From Bacteroidales bacterium (GTDB lineage: Bacteria > Bacteroidota > Bacteroidia > Bacteroidales > UBA4181), in assembly GCA_031264715.1 (NCBI GenBank), contig JAISDP010000138.1, positions 1-37,906 of the forward strand: a stretch of DNA of 37,906 nt, given 5' to 3'. The translations under genes were made by a program, and so were the position numbers. The notes below the pieces were generated by a model. The model was given only the letters and a program-made list of their open reading frames with translations. It did no database searches and had not been told where the DNA came from. Below, piece after piece: positions 26,723 to 34,900 of the stretch; position 1 is the first letter of the stretch; every line of letters begins with the position of its first letter.

Positions 26723-28141
26723 TCATTCCGTTTGTTGCTTGCGGCAAATCGTAATACTGTACCAGGCAATGATCGCAAATGCAATGGCAGGCACCCAATA
26801 AGCGACCGTAATATTGGCTAAATCGGACAATGTACCCTGAATCTGCGTCAATACAGCGGCTCCGGCAATCGCCATGACCATACCGGCGCCTCCGATCTTG
26901 GTATCTTCGCCCAGGCCTTTGATGCCCGTTCCGTAAATCGTGGGGAACATTAACGACATGCAACCGGTAATACACATTAATGCATATACGCCGACCACTC
27001 CTTTCCCGTAAATCGTGATCAAACAAAATACAACGGCTGCAACGGCAAGCGTGGTCAATATCTTATCCATCCGGATGTATTTCATCAGCCAGGTGCATAC
27101 AAAACGCATGATCACAAACAATATCAACGACATGATGTAGTATGTGGCTCCTGCCTGTTCCGATGTCCTCGGCAACAGATCATCCAAGCCTGTAAATTCG
27201 CAGAAATTGTAGAATCCCGCGGCAACAGGCTCAACCGAACGGAGTGCGGTGATAATTTCGCCCGAAGAAGCATTGGCTCCCAATGATGCCACAACCGAGT
27301 CGAAATGGAGTTCCTGCATGGCGTAACGAATGATAAACGACCATACGGCTATTTGTGCGCCCACATAAAAGAATTGGGCAGCAACTCCCCAGACATAATT
27401 TTTATTTTTCTTCAACCGCTTAAAGGTACCGCCAAAATCAAGTTTCTGTCCGCCTTCCCGCAGTTTCGGCATTTTAGTAATAGCGATGCCCAGTAACAGT
27501 ACTGCCATAAAAATACCCAGCCATACATAAGTCATGGTAACAGCATTCAATTCCGCTCCCTGGATCGTTGCAAGCTCCTCAACGCTGATCGTTGCTCTTT
27601 CGGATGCCGTCAGCGTATTTAACTGCGACAGGATAAACACCTGACTGATGACCACGCCGCTAATAGCTCCGAAAGGATTAAACGACTGCGAAAAATTTAG
27701 CCGCCGTGTTGCTGTTTCCTCGGGCCCGATCGCATATACATAAGAATTAGCCGATGTTTCCAGCACGGAGAGTCCCGCAAAGAGAATGAAAATGGCAAAC
27801 AAATACATAATGAAGCTGATGTTGGCATTAACCTGCAGGCAAAGCATGGCAGGATAGAACATGAGCGCGCCCAGGATATATAATCCCAATCCGGCCATGA
27901 CACCTGCCTTGTATGTATACCTTTTGATAAACAGCGCGCCGGGAACAGCACAGCAACCATATCCCAACAGGTAACAAACAACTTGTATCCAGGCGGTTTT
28001 TGAGTCGGAAAGGCTCATGATGCGCTTGAAAGCCGCAAGCATCGTATCTGTTAAATTATTGGGAATCGCCCATGCAAAAAACAGGGTGGTCAACAGAATA
28101 AAAGGCCATACCAGGCTGCGCGTAATAATTTTCTTCTTCAT
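26723..28141 (-). CDS. fucP: MFS sugar:H+ symporter of the FucP family
   Basis: Matches E. coli FucP by eye (LFFAWAIPNNLTD, YKAGVMAGLGLYILGA, LETSANSYV, AAQFFYVGAQIAVWSFIIRYA, PTIYGTGIKGLGEDTK). Confidence 0.9.
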   Translation of the reverse strand: MKKKIITRSLVWPFILLTTLFFAWAIPNNLTDTMLAAFKRIMSLSDSKTAWIQVVCYLLGYGCCAVPGALFIKRYTYKAGVMAGLGLYILGALMFYPAMLCLQVNANISFIMYLFAIFILFAGLSVLETSANSYVYAIGPEETATRRLNFSQSFNPFGAISGVVISQVFILSQLNTLTASERATISVEELATIQGAELNAVTMTYVWLGIFMAVLLLGIAITKMPKLREGGQKLDFGGTFKRLKKNKNYVWGVAAQFFYVGAQIAVWSFIIRYAMQELHFDSVVASLGANASSGEIITALRSVEPVAAGFYNFCEFTGLDDLLPRTSEQAGATYYIMSLILFVIMRFVCTWLMKYIRMDKILTTLAVAAVVFCLITIYGKGVVGVYALMCITGCMSLMFPTIYGTGIKGLGEDTKIGGAGMVMAIAGAAVLTQIQGTLSDLANITVAYWVPAIAFAIIAWYSITICRKQQTE

Positions 28142-28168
28142 ACTAATCTATTTATTTTCATGTTTCAC

Positions 28169-28182
28169 ATTAATCGTTTAAC
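28169..28182. promoter_or_regulatory. Candidate LacI-family operator ATTAATCGTTTAAC
   Basis: This 14-mer is identical to 29262-29275. It has the AAnCGnTT core and lies 27 bp upstream of the fucP ATG. Confidence 0.5.
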
Positions 28183-28203
28183 TTACATCAACAAAATTAT
28201 TCA

Positions 28204-29214
28204 TTATTCTTCTGTACTTAACTTGGCAAACAGCTCTACTTTACTGGGAATGACCGTTCCTTTCACTATTTGATTTATCAATACATCAACGGCTAATTTT
28301 CCCATTTCGGGAATAGGCTGTAACACGCACGGAACAGGAGACTCCATTAGATCAAACGCATCGCTTTTATCAAAACAAATGGCCTTAACATCTTTAGATA
28401 CTTTGACCCCTCTTTCGAACATATATCTCAAACCGTGCAGTGCAATGCTATTCGTTGCGAAGAAAATCCCATCCGGTTTTTCGTTCTTTTCATTGAAGAA
28501 AAGGTCATCCAGCGCTGTTTTGATGTCCGCGTCAATGCTGATATAATTAATATCTTTAATCAGGTTTTCATCAAACAGTCCCGCTTTCTTCACCGTATCC
28601 ACATAACCCCGCTTTCTCTCCTGCATGTGTGGCAAATCGATCGTGTAACCAAATAATGCTATCCTTTTACATTTTTTATTGATCAGATGCTGCACGGCAG
28701 TTTTTGATGCCTGGTAATTGTCGATAACGACATAGCAAGTCTGCAATTCAGGATACCAGCGGTCAAGCAAAACCAGCGGGAAGTCCTTTTTGACGAGCTC
28801 TTCAATGGCAGGTTTACCATGTTCGGTGGGCACAATAATCAATCCATCCACCTGATGGCCAATTAGCACATCCAGAATCTTCACCAGTTTAGCGTCCGAT
28901 TCATTGGTATTGGTGATGATAACAGAATAACCGAATTTTTCGGCATATTCCTGAATATGAAATGCAAGATTCGCAAAAAACGGGTTCGATATATCGGCTA
29001 CTATTAAGCCTATGGTTTGGCTTTTCCCCATTCGCAGCCCCCGGGCCAAATGATTAGGCTCATAATTCAAGTCTTTGGCTACTTTCCTGATTTTTTCAGC
29101 CATTTCGCGACTTACGCGCCCTTCTTTATCTTTATCATTCAACACCAATGAAACCGTCGCGTTGGAAATGCCAACCTCTTGAGCTATAGTCTTTATGGAT
29201 ATACGCTTTTTCAT
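28204..29214 (-). CDS. LacI-family transcriptional regulator
   Basis: N-terminal helix-turn-helix IKTIAQEVGISNATVSLVLN, followed by a periplasmic-binding-protein-like sugar-binding domain. 336 aa. Confidence 0.9.
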   Translation of the reverse strand: MKKRISIKTIAQEVGISNATVSLVLNDKDKEGRVSREMAEKIRKVAKDLNYEPNHLARGLRMGKSQTIGLIVADISNPFFANLAFHIQEYAEKFGYSVIITNTNESDAKLVKILDVLIGHQVDGLIIVPTEHGKPAIEELVKKDFPLVLLDRWYPELQTCYVVIDNYQASKTAVQHLINKKCKRIALFGYTIDLPHMQERKRGYVDTVKKAGLFDENLIKDINYISIDADIKTALDDLFFNEKNEKPDGIFFATNSIALHGLRYMFERGVKVSKDVKAICFDKSDAFDLMESPVPCVLQPIPEMGKLAVDVLINQIVKGTVIPSKVELFAKLSTEE

Positions 29215-29261
29215 CTATCAAGAACAGGGTATCAACTAATATTTTTGCAAATAAAAGAATA

Positions 29262-29275
29262 ATTAATCGTTTAAC
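29262..29275. promoter_or_regulatory. Candidate LacI-family operator ATTAATCGTTTAAC (autoregulatory position)
   Basis: Identical to 28169-28182 and 47 bp upstream of the lacI-family ATG. Confidence 0.5.
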
Positions 29276-29486
29276 CAAATATTTTTGAAAAAAATTACTG
29301 CCGTCTATCCACACCAATCCGTGCGATGGCTGTCGGCGGTGTTTACAACAATGTTTTGCGCGATGTCAAAGTCAGCGTCTTTAGCGGGAATACTTCTTTG
29401 TGATTTCATTTTAATAAAATATAAAAGGTTATGAAATAATTGATTTTCAGGTTTGAAGTTATTATTTACGCATACGTGTATATGAT

Positions 29487-29603
29487 TCGCAGACGCGTGT
29501 TTTTATCTCGCAGACACGTGTTTTTGTCTCGCAGACACGTGTTTTTGTCTCGCAGACACGCGTCTGTGTCTCGCAGACGCGTGTTCGCGACTCGCAAGTT
29601 CGC
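29487..29603. repeat. Tandem array, ~5.5 x 21 bp (TCGCAGACACGTGTTTTTGTC)
   Basis: Units start at 29487, 29508, 29529, 29550, 29571 and 29592 (the last is partial). Each unit carries a palindromic core: ACACGTGT, ACGCGT or AGACGCGTCT. Confidence 0.9.
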
Positions 29604-29824
29604 TATTTTAATGTCCATATGCGCATATTTCATGCGCATAAATATATAAATACTTGTGAAAAAAAATGTTTACTTTGCGCATTATTTATGCATGTTCGCC
29701 AGTATGCATGTTTTGCAGGAAAAGTTACAATTTGGTAATCAACGTAATGTAAAAATAAATCGAAAAAAACGTCTGAATTCTTGGATATATTTTAGAATTT
29801 CGCGTTCCATTAAACGCCAAAACT

Positions 29825-30934
29825 ATGTCCCATCAAAAAATACTCGAATCCAAACCTTATTATGATGTGTTAGACGGGCTCCGGGGAACGGCAGCCATCG
29901 TTATTTTAGTATTTCATTACTTAGAAATGATTTATCCCGAAGAGTACTCGGAAAACTTTATGGGACACGGTTTTCTTGCAGTTGATTTCTTTTTCTGCCT
30001 GTCCGGGTTTGTCACAGGGTTTGCTTACGACAACCGTATCAAAACTATTGGGATAAAAAGCTTTTTCGTCAACCGGTTGATTCGCCTGCATCCATTGGTA
30101 GTGTTGGGTAGCATCATCGGTTTTGCCGGTTTTGTGCTCAACCCCTTTGTCGATGGTATCCGGGAAGCCGGCTGGGGAAATCTATTGCCGGCGCTTGCCT
30201 GCTCCATGCTGTTGATTCCTGCCCCGTTTCTTCCTCTTCGCGGCGGCGGTCTGTTCCCATACAATACCCCTTCGTGGTCGCTGTTTTTGGAATATATTGC
30301 CAATGTGGTATATGCCCTGGTACTGTGCCGCATCAAGAAACCGGCGCTGCCTGTTTTAGGATGTATCTGCGCTGTCTGGCTGATGTACACTTCCTGTAAG
30401 GCGGGCTGGCTCATCAACGGGTGGGATATCAAAACCATCGGCGATGGCTTTCCCCGCGTTGGTTATTCCTTTACTGCCGGCTTGCTGATATTCCGTTACA
30501 GGCTGATATTACGCAACAGGATGGGATTTGTGCTGCCTTTTATCTTATTGATGAGTGTGTTTATGTATCCGCATGTCAATAACGACTGGTTTACCGAGGC
30601 GCTGATGGTGATCGCAGTGTTCCCGCTTATCATCAGCATCGGTGCAGGCGCTGATGCTACCGGACGGATGAAGAAATTCTGCATCTTCATCGGGAAACTG
30701 TCGTACCCGCTGTACATGACACACATCACAACCGTATGGATTTTCGGCGATTACTACTGCAAGGCTAAACCGCAAGGCATGGAATTAGTCGGTCTGGTTG
30801 CCTGTTTGTGCCTTTTCAACCTTGTGTTTGCATATGCTGTTATGCGGCTGTATGACGAGCCTGTCCGCGCGTGGTTGACGCAGAAAGCGAACAGATTGAA
30901 AACTTTGAGAAACAGTCTGAATAAGCAACGGTAA
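29825..30934 (+). CDS. Acyltransferase family 3 (OafA/YrhL-like) integral membrane protein
   Basis: LDGLRGTAAIVILVFHY and HGFLAVDFFFCLSGFV are typical of the family. About 10 transmembrane helices, 369 aa. Confidence 0.85.
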   Translation: MSHQKILESKPYYDVLDGLRGTAAIVILVFHYLEMIYPEEYSENFMGHGFLAVDFFFCLSGFVTGFAYDNRIKTIGIKSFFVNRLIRLHPLVVLGSIIGFAGFVLNPFVDGIREAGWGNLLPALACSMLLIPAPFLPLRGGGLFPYNTPSWSLFLEYIANVVYALVLCRIKKPALPVLGCICAVWLMYTSCKAGWLINGWDIKTIGDGFPRVGYSFTAGLLIFRYRLILRNRMGFVLPFILLMSVFMYPHVNNDWFTEALMVIAVFPLIISIGAGADATGRMKKFCIFIGKLSYPLYMTHITTVWIFGDYYCKAKPQGMELVGLVACLCLFNLVFAYAVMRLYDEPVRAWLTQKANRLKTLRNSLNKQR

Positions 30935-30953
30935 TCCGCAGGAATTCATCACC

Positions 30954-32420
30954 CTACCGGCCGGCAGCCCTGAACATCCGGGTCAAGCGGATATTGAACG
31001 GGAAATTCTTTTCCTTATTCAGCGACAGCCATACGAATCGTGGCGCACCCACAATATGGTCTTCCGGCACGAATCCCCAGAAACGCGAATCAAGCGAATC
31101 GTGGCGATTGTCGCCCATCATCCAGTAATAATCCATCTTGAAGGTGTAACTGTCGGCCTTTGCGCCATTGATATAAATGTCGCCGCCCTGTATTTTCAGT
31201 TCGTTCCCTTCATAGGCCGTGATGATGCGCTCGTAGAAACTGATGTTCAAAGTATCAATCCTGACGGTAACGTCTTTTTTCGGTATCCACACCGGCCCGA
31301 AATTATCCAGGTTCCAGGAATAATGCCCGTTGTGCGGAAATATTTCGCTGTCGTAAACACCCTGAGGCCTCACCCTTTTTTCAACCGACCGCACATTTCC
31401 CAACTTCTCGAGTTCCTCGACATTTGCAGCGATCAGTTGTATTTCGTACAACCCGTCGCTCAACGGGTGCACATCATCCTTATATATGTCCAATTTTTCG
31501 AGTGTACGGGTATTGATGCGCGAACCGTCGGTTTGTACTATATATCGGAACTGTATTTTTGGAAATTGCTTCTGGGGTTTGCCGTTCACGTATACCTGGG
31601 TGTTAACGATCTTTAAGGTATCGCCGGGAAGGGCGACACAGCGTTTGATGTAGTTATCGCGTTTGTCAACCGGGCGAACGGTAATTTCGTTGTGGGCAAG
31701 CACATACTTTCGAGCCATATCCATGTAATGATCAAAATGTTGAAGCGACTTGCCGGCCATTTTATCCTGACCTTCAAACTCACCCGCTACTCGCCGCAAT
31801 TGCAAATAATAGCTGTCCGACTGGTATTGCACGAGTACCGTATCGCCTTCGGGAAAGTTAAAAACCACAATATCATCATTCTTAATGTGCGTAAAACCCG
31901 TCAACCGCTTGTAAGGCCACTGTATCCATTCCAGGTACGATTTAGTATCGGTTGTCAACGGCATGGTGTGCTGCGCAAACGGGAAAGAAAGCGGCGTGTT
32001 GGGTATTTTTGGACCATATTTCAACTTGCTTACAAACAGGTGATCGCCTATTTGCAGGGTTTTTTCCATGGAACCGGTTGGGATTTTATAGTTCTGGAAC
32101 ACAAAGATATTGATCAGTGTTACCGCGATAACAGCGAAAATCAATGCATCAATCCATTCCACCACTTTGCTGTTGGGGCCTTCGCGCTTTTTCCAGAAAG
32201 TCCAGTTGACTTTTTTCGATACATAAATGTCAAACAGGACAGGCACACCTGCCAGCAACCACCAATTACCTACCCAATACGCCCAAAGCAGGTACAGGAA
32301 AGTGATCAATCCGAATTTGAAATATTTATTGGATAATACCTTTACAAATTGTGGAATCTCCTGCTGCCTCTTTGCAGTATCTTTCTTTGTTTGGATATCT
32401 TTATTCTTTGCGTCTTTCAT
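30954..32420 (-). CDS. lepB: Signal peptidase I (long Bacteroidota form)
   Basis: Catalytic boxes GSMEKTL (Ser), YIKRCVALPGD (Lys) and MMGDNRHDSLDSRFWGFV, with an N-terminal membrane anchor. Confidence 0.9.
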   Translation of the reverse strand: MKDAKNKDIQTKKDTAKRQQEIPQFVKVLSNKYFKFGLITFLYLLWAYWVGNWWLLAGVPVLFDIYVSKKVNWTFWKKREGPNSKVVEWIDALIFAVIAVTLINIFVFQNYKIPTGSMEKTLQIGDHLFVSKLKYGPKIPNTPLSFPFAQHTMPLTTDTKSYLEWIQWPYKRLTGFTHIKNDDIVVFNFPEGDTVLVQYQSDSYYLQLRRVAGEFEGQDKMAGKSLQHFDHYMDMARKYVLAHNEITVRPVDKRDNYIKRCVALPGDTLKIVNTQVYVNGKPQKQFPKIQFRYIVQTDGSRINTRTLEKLDIYKDDVHPLSDGLYEIQLIAANVEELEKLGNVRSVEKRVRPQGVYDSEIFPHNGHYSWNLDNFGPVWIPKKDVTVRIDTLNISFYERIITAYEGNELKIQGGDIYINGAKADSYTFKMDYYWMMGDNRHDSLDSRFWGFVPEDHIVGAPRFVWLSLNKEKNFPFNIRLTRMFRAAGR

Positions 32421-32868
32421 GGGAATGAATGATTTATTTTAATGAAAAAGCTATCGCCGATAGCCTTTTCCAGCCACAAAAATAGTAATTATCGTCATAA
32501 GTATTGCGTAATTTTTCTCACATCAGGTATTTCTAATTTATAAACACTTATTATTTATAGATTTATCTCAAATTTATTATTTTCGTTTAAGATCGTGTAC
32601 GCACACGCAAGTATCAAACCAATTATTTCGTACTTTCGCCGTTTCATTATTGATTATTGAATACAGGTTTTGCAAGAATAAAAGCAAATGAATACAAGTA
32701 ATAAGAATGACCATCCGTTTGAACTGATTGGATATATAATATTGATAATAATTTGTGTAAGTATATAGGTAGAAAGTAAATAAATGTGTAAGGGCAATCC
32801 TGCGTGGTTGCCCATAACCAATAAATAATCAATAAAATGCATACAGATAAAATTAAATACATATCAAA

Positions 32869-33381
32869 ATGAATACAAATAATAGTAGTGGTAGACCTGT
32901 GTGTATATCAATAACAGGTATTATATTGTCAGCTAAAGAGGTTGCTGACTTGTTGAACTATAAGAGAACCATCAATTATTATCTTGTGCCAGGCATACAA
33001 GAAGCAAATGAATTGGTTTCGTTCGATTTATATGACCATAGATCAGGCGTTGGAGATGTTGTTGTGGTTAGCCAATACAATAGCAATATAAAAGTAAATC
33101 AATACAAATATATTTTTGTCATTGATCCTGAAGGTATAGATCAGACTAAAGTCAAAGACTTAAGCAATGATCATGTATTGAGTTATGTAATCAGGTGTGA
33201 AGACTTTCAAGAGGTTAAAAAAATAGGCTGGACTGAAAGGGACGCTTACAGTTATGAAGTCGTAGATGATTACTCAGATGATTTGAACATTGTCTATACA
33301 TGGTTTGATGATGGCTATGAAAAGTCAATGATCAAGTCATTAGCGAGGGATAGATATGTTAAAAGTGGTTGGGATTGTTAA
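32869..33381 (+). CDS. Hypothetical acidic cytoplasmic protein, 170 aa, inside an AT-rich islet
   Basis: A 170-codon ORF is unlikely by chance in such AT-rich DNA. I recognise no motifs. It stops 25 bp before the hdrA-like ATG. Confidence 0.5.
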   Translation: MNTNNSSGRPVCISITGIILSAKEVADLLNYKRTINYYLVPGIQEANELVSFDLYDHRSGVGDVVVVSQYNSNIKVNQYKYIFVIDPEGIDQTKVKDLSNDHVLSYVIRCEDFQEVKKIGWTERDAYSYEVVDDYSDDLNIVYTWFDDGYEKSMIKSLARDRYVKSGWDC

Positions 33382-33406
33382 TAGTTAAAAGCCAGAATAT
33401 ATCCGG

Positions 33407-34522
33407 ATGTACGATGTAGCAGTGATAGGTGCGGGCATTGCAGGGATAGAAGCCGCAACCCAACTTGCGCAGATGGGTTATGAAGTGCTGGTTGTTGAGA
33501 AAGACGGGCGGGCAGGCGGACACGTGGCCGGATGGGACAGGCTGTTCCCCTTCCGGCGGAATGCTGCCGGCCTCACAGCCGAAATGCTGAAAATGATGGA
33601 CCGGGGAAAAGCAGTAAATATACTTGCCGGTACCACCGTGGCCGATGTTCAGCGCGACGGGCAGCAATTCAGGATATGGCTTTCGGACGGACAGGGTATT
33701 ACTGTTTCGGCGGTACTGATCGCTACGGGCTTCAAGCTGTTCGATGCCCGTCGCAAGGAAGAGTACGGGTATGGCATCTACGACAATGTAATCACCTCGG
33801 CCGACCTCGAACAGATGTTCGCTTCGGGTAAACCCGTCGTAACCAAAAAGGGCGAACGTCCCAAACGGGTTGCTTTCATCCATTGCGTGGGATCGCGCGA
33901 CGAAAAAGTCAACAATCGCCACTGTTCCAAGGTATGTTGCGCCACTGCGGTCAAGCAGGCATGTGAAATCAAGCAAATGTACCCTGACGCGGAAGTATAT
34001 TGTTTCTATATGGATTTGCGGATGTTCGACCGGCATTTCGAAACCATGTATTTAGATGCACAGGCGCAGTATGGCGTCATCTTTGTGCGCGGACGCCTGT
34101 CGGAAGCTGCCGAAAGCATCGACGGGCGCGTCACCGTCAAGGCCGAAGATACCCTCATGGGCAAAATGCTGAAGATATCGGTGGACATGGCAGTGCTGAT
34201 GGCGGGCATGGAAGCCGCCGAAGAAACGGACAAATTAGCCGCCATGCTGAAAGTGACCGTGGGGAAGGATGGATTCCTGAATCCGGCTGACGAATGTCTG
34301 CAAAGCAACTTCACGCGCGAAAAGGGCGTATTTGTGGCAGGCGCCTGCACCGGGCCCAAAACCATTCCCGAAACCCTGGCCGACGCAAGAGCTGCCGCTG
34401 TATCGATTGACGGGTACATAAGAGTCGGAAGCGAAGAAAAAAGCCTGAGGGAAGAAATTATCGGAAAAATAAGAAATAAGCGGGAAGAAATCAGAAGCAG
34501 GAGAAGCAGAAGTGAAGAATGA
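33407..34522 (+). CDS. HdrA/QmoA-like FAD-dependent oxidoreductase (no ferredoxin domains)
   Basis: Rossmann motif DVAVIGAGIAGIEAA. The HdrA-type Cys motif HCSKVCC is present, as is the C-terminal FVAGACTGP. The tail is highly charged (REEIIGKIRNKREEIRSRRSRSEE). Confidence 0.75.
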   Translation: MYDVAVIGAGIAGIEAATQLAQMGYEVLVVEKDGRAGGHVAGWDRLFPFRRNAAGLTAEMLKMMDRGKAVNILAGTTVADVQRDGQQFRIWLSDGQGITVSAVLIATGFKLFDARRKEEYGYGIYDNVITSADLEQMFASGKPVVTKKGERPKRVAFIHCVGSRDEKVNNRHCSKVCCATAVKQACEIKQMYPDAEVYCFYMDLRMFDRHFETMYLDAQAQYGVIFVRGRLSEAAESIDGRVTVKAEDTLMGKMLKISVDMAVLMAGMEAAEETDKLAAMLKVTVGKDGFLNPADECLQSNFTREKGVFVAGACTGPKTIPETLADARAAAVSIDGYIRVGSEEKSLREEIIGKIRNKREEIRSRRSRSEE

Positions 34523-34555
34523 AGAGGTAAGAATGAAGAGAAACATGGGAAACAT

Positions 34556-34900
34556 ATGGATTTCGGATATAGCATCAACCAAAGCAGCAAAATAGATATG
34601 GACAGGGCATCGGGGGATATTGCCGCGCAAGTGTTGCGGTATGAGCCGTCGTTTGCCGTCTGTATCGGGTGCGGCGCCTGTATGGCTACCTGTTCGGCCG
34701 GACGGTTTACACCGTTCAACCTGCGCCGGCTGCAGTTGATGGTGATGCGCGGGCAAACGGACAGTGTTCACGCCGAAGCCGAAAAATGCATGCTTTGCGG
34801 CAAATGCCGGCTGATATGCCCGCGAGGGATCAATACACGGAATGTGTTACTCGCCATACACCATTTTACCGCACCCGCACCAACCCTTGATATCCGATAG
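34556..34900 (+). CDS. Small 2x[4Fe-4S] ferredoxin-like protein (HdrC-like)
   Basis: Two cluster motifs: CIGCGACMATC and CMLCGKCRLICP. Confidence 0.75.
   Translation: MDFGYSINQSSKIDMDRASGDIAAQVLRYEPSFAVCIGCGACMATCSAGRFTPFNLRRLQLMVMRGQTDSVHAEAEKCMLCGKCRLICPRGINTRNVLLAIHHFTAPAPTLDIR

Noticed and set aside
12658-29214. Reading the locus as an L-fucose or fucosylated-glycan PUL because of fucI, fucP and a sugar repressor
   Set aside because: No fucosidase-type family (GH29/GH95) and no fucK/fucA/fucU is visible. The hydrolases present (GH172 x 2, DUF4185, GH116) are the set known for D-arabinan, and FucI doubles as a D-arabinose isomerase. The alternative is not fully excluded without experiments.
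29440-29865. ORFs 29440..29649(+) (RRHVFLS repeats) and 29656..29865(+)
   Set aside because: The first is the 21-bp array read in frame. The second lies in AT-rich upstream DNA and overlaps the start of the well-supported acyltransferase gene.
32445-32470. Hairpin AAAAAGCTATCG-c-CGATAGCCTTTT as a terminator
   Set aside because: It sits only ~25 bp upstream of the lepB start, which leaves no room for a promoter if it terminated efficiently. The loop is also very small. It may be a 5'-UTR structure or the terminator of an islet transcript, and this is unresolved.
32647-32862. Two overlapping minus-strand ORFs (71 and 62 aa) as small membrane proteins
   Set aside because: The two are mutually overlapping frames in very AT-rich DNA with no distinguishing features. 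I mention them only as a possibility in the islet finding.
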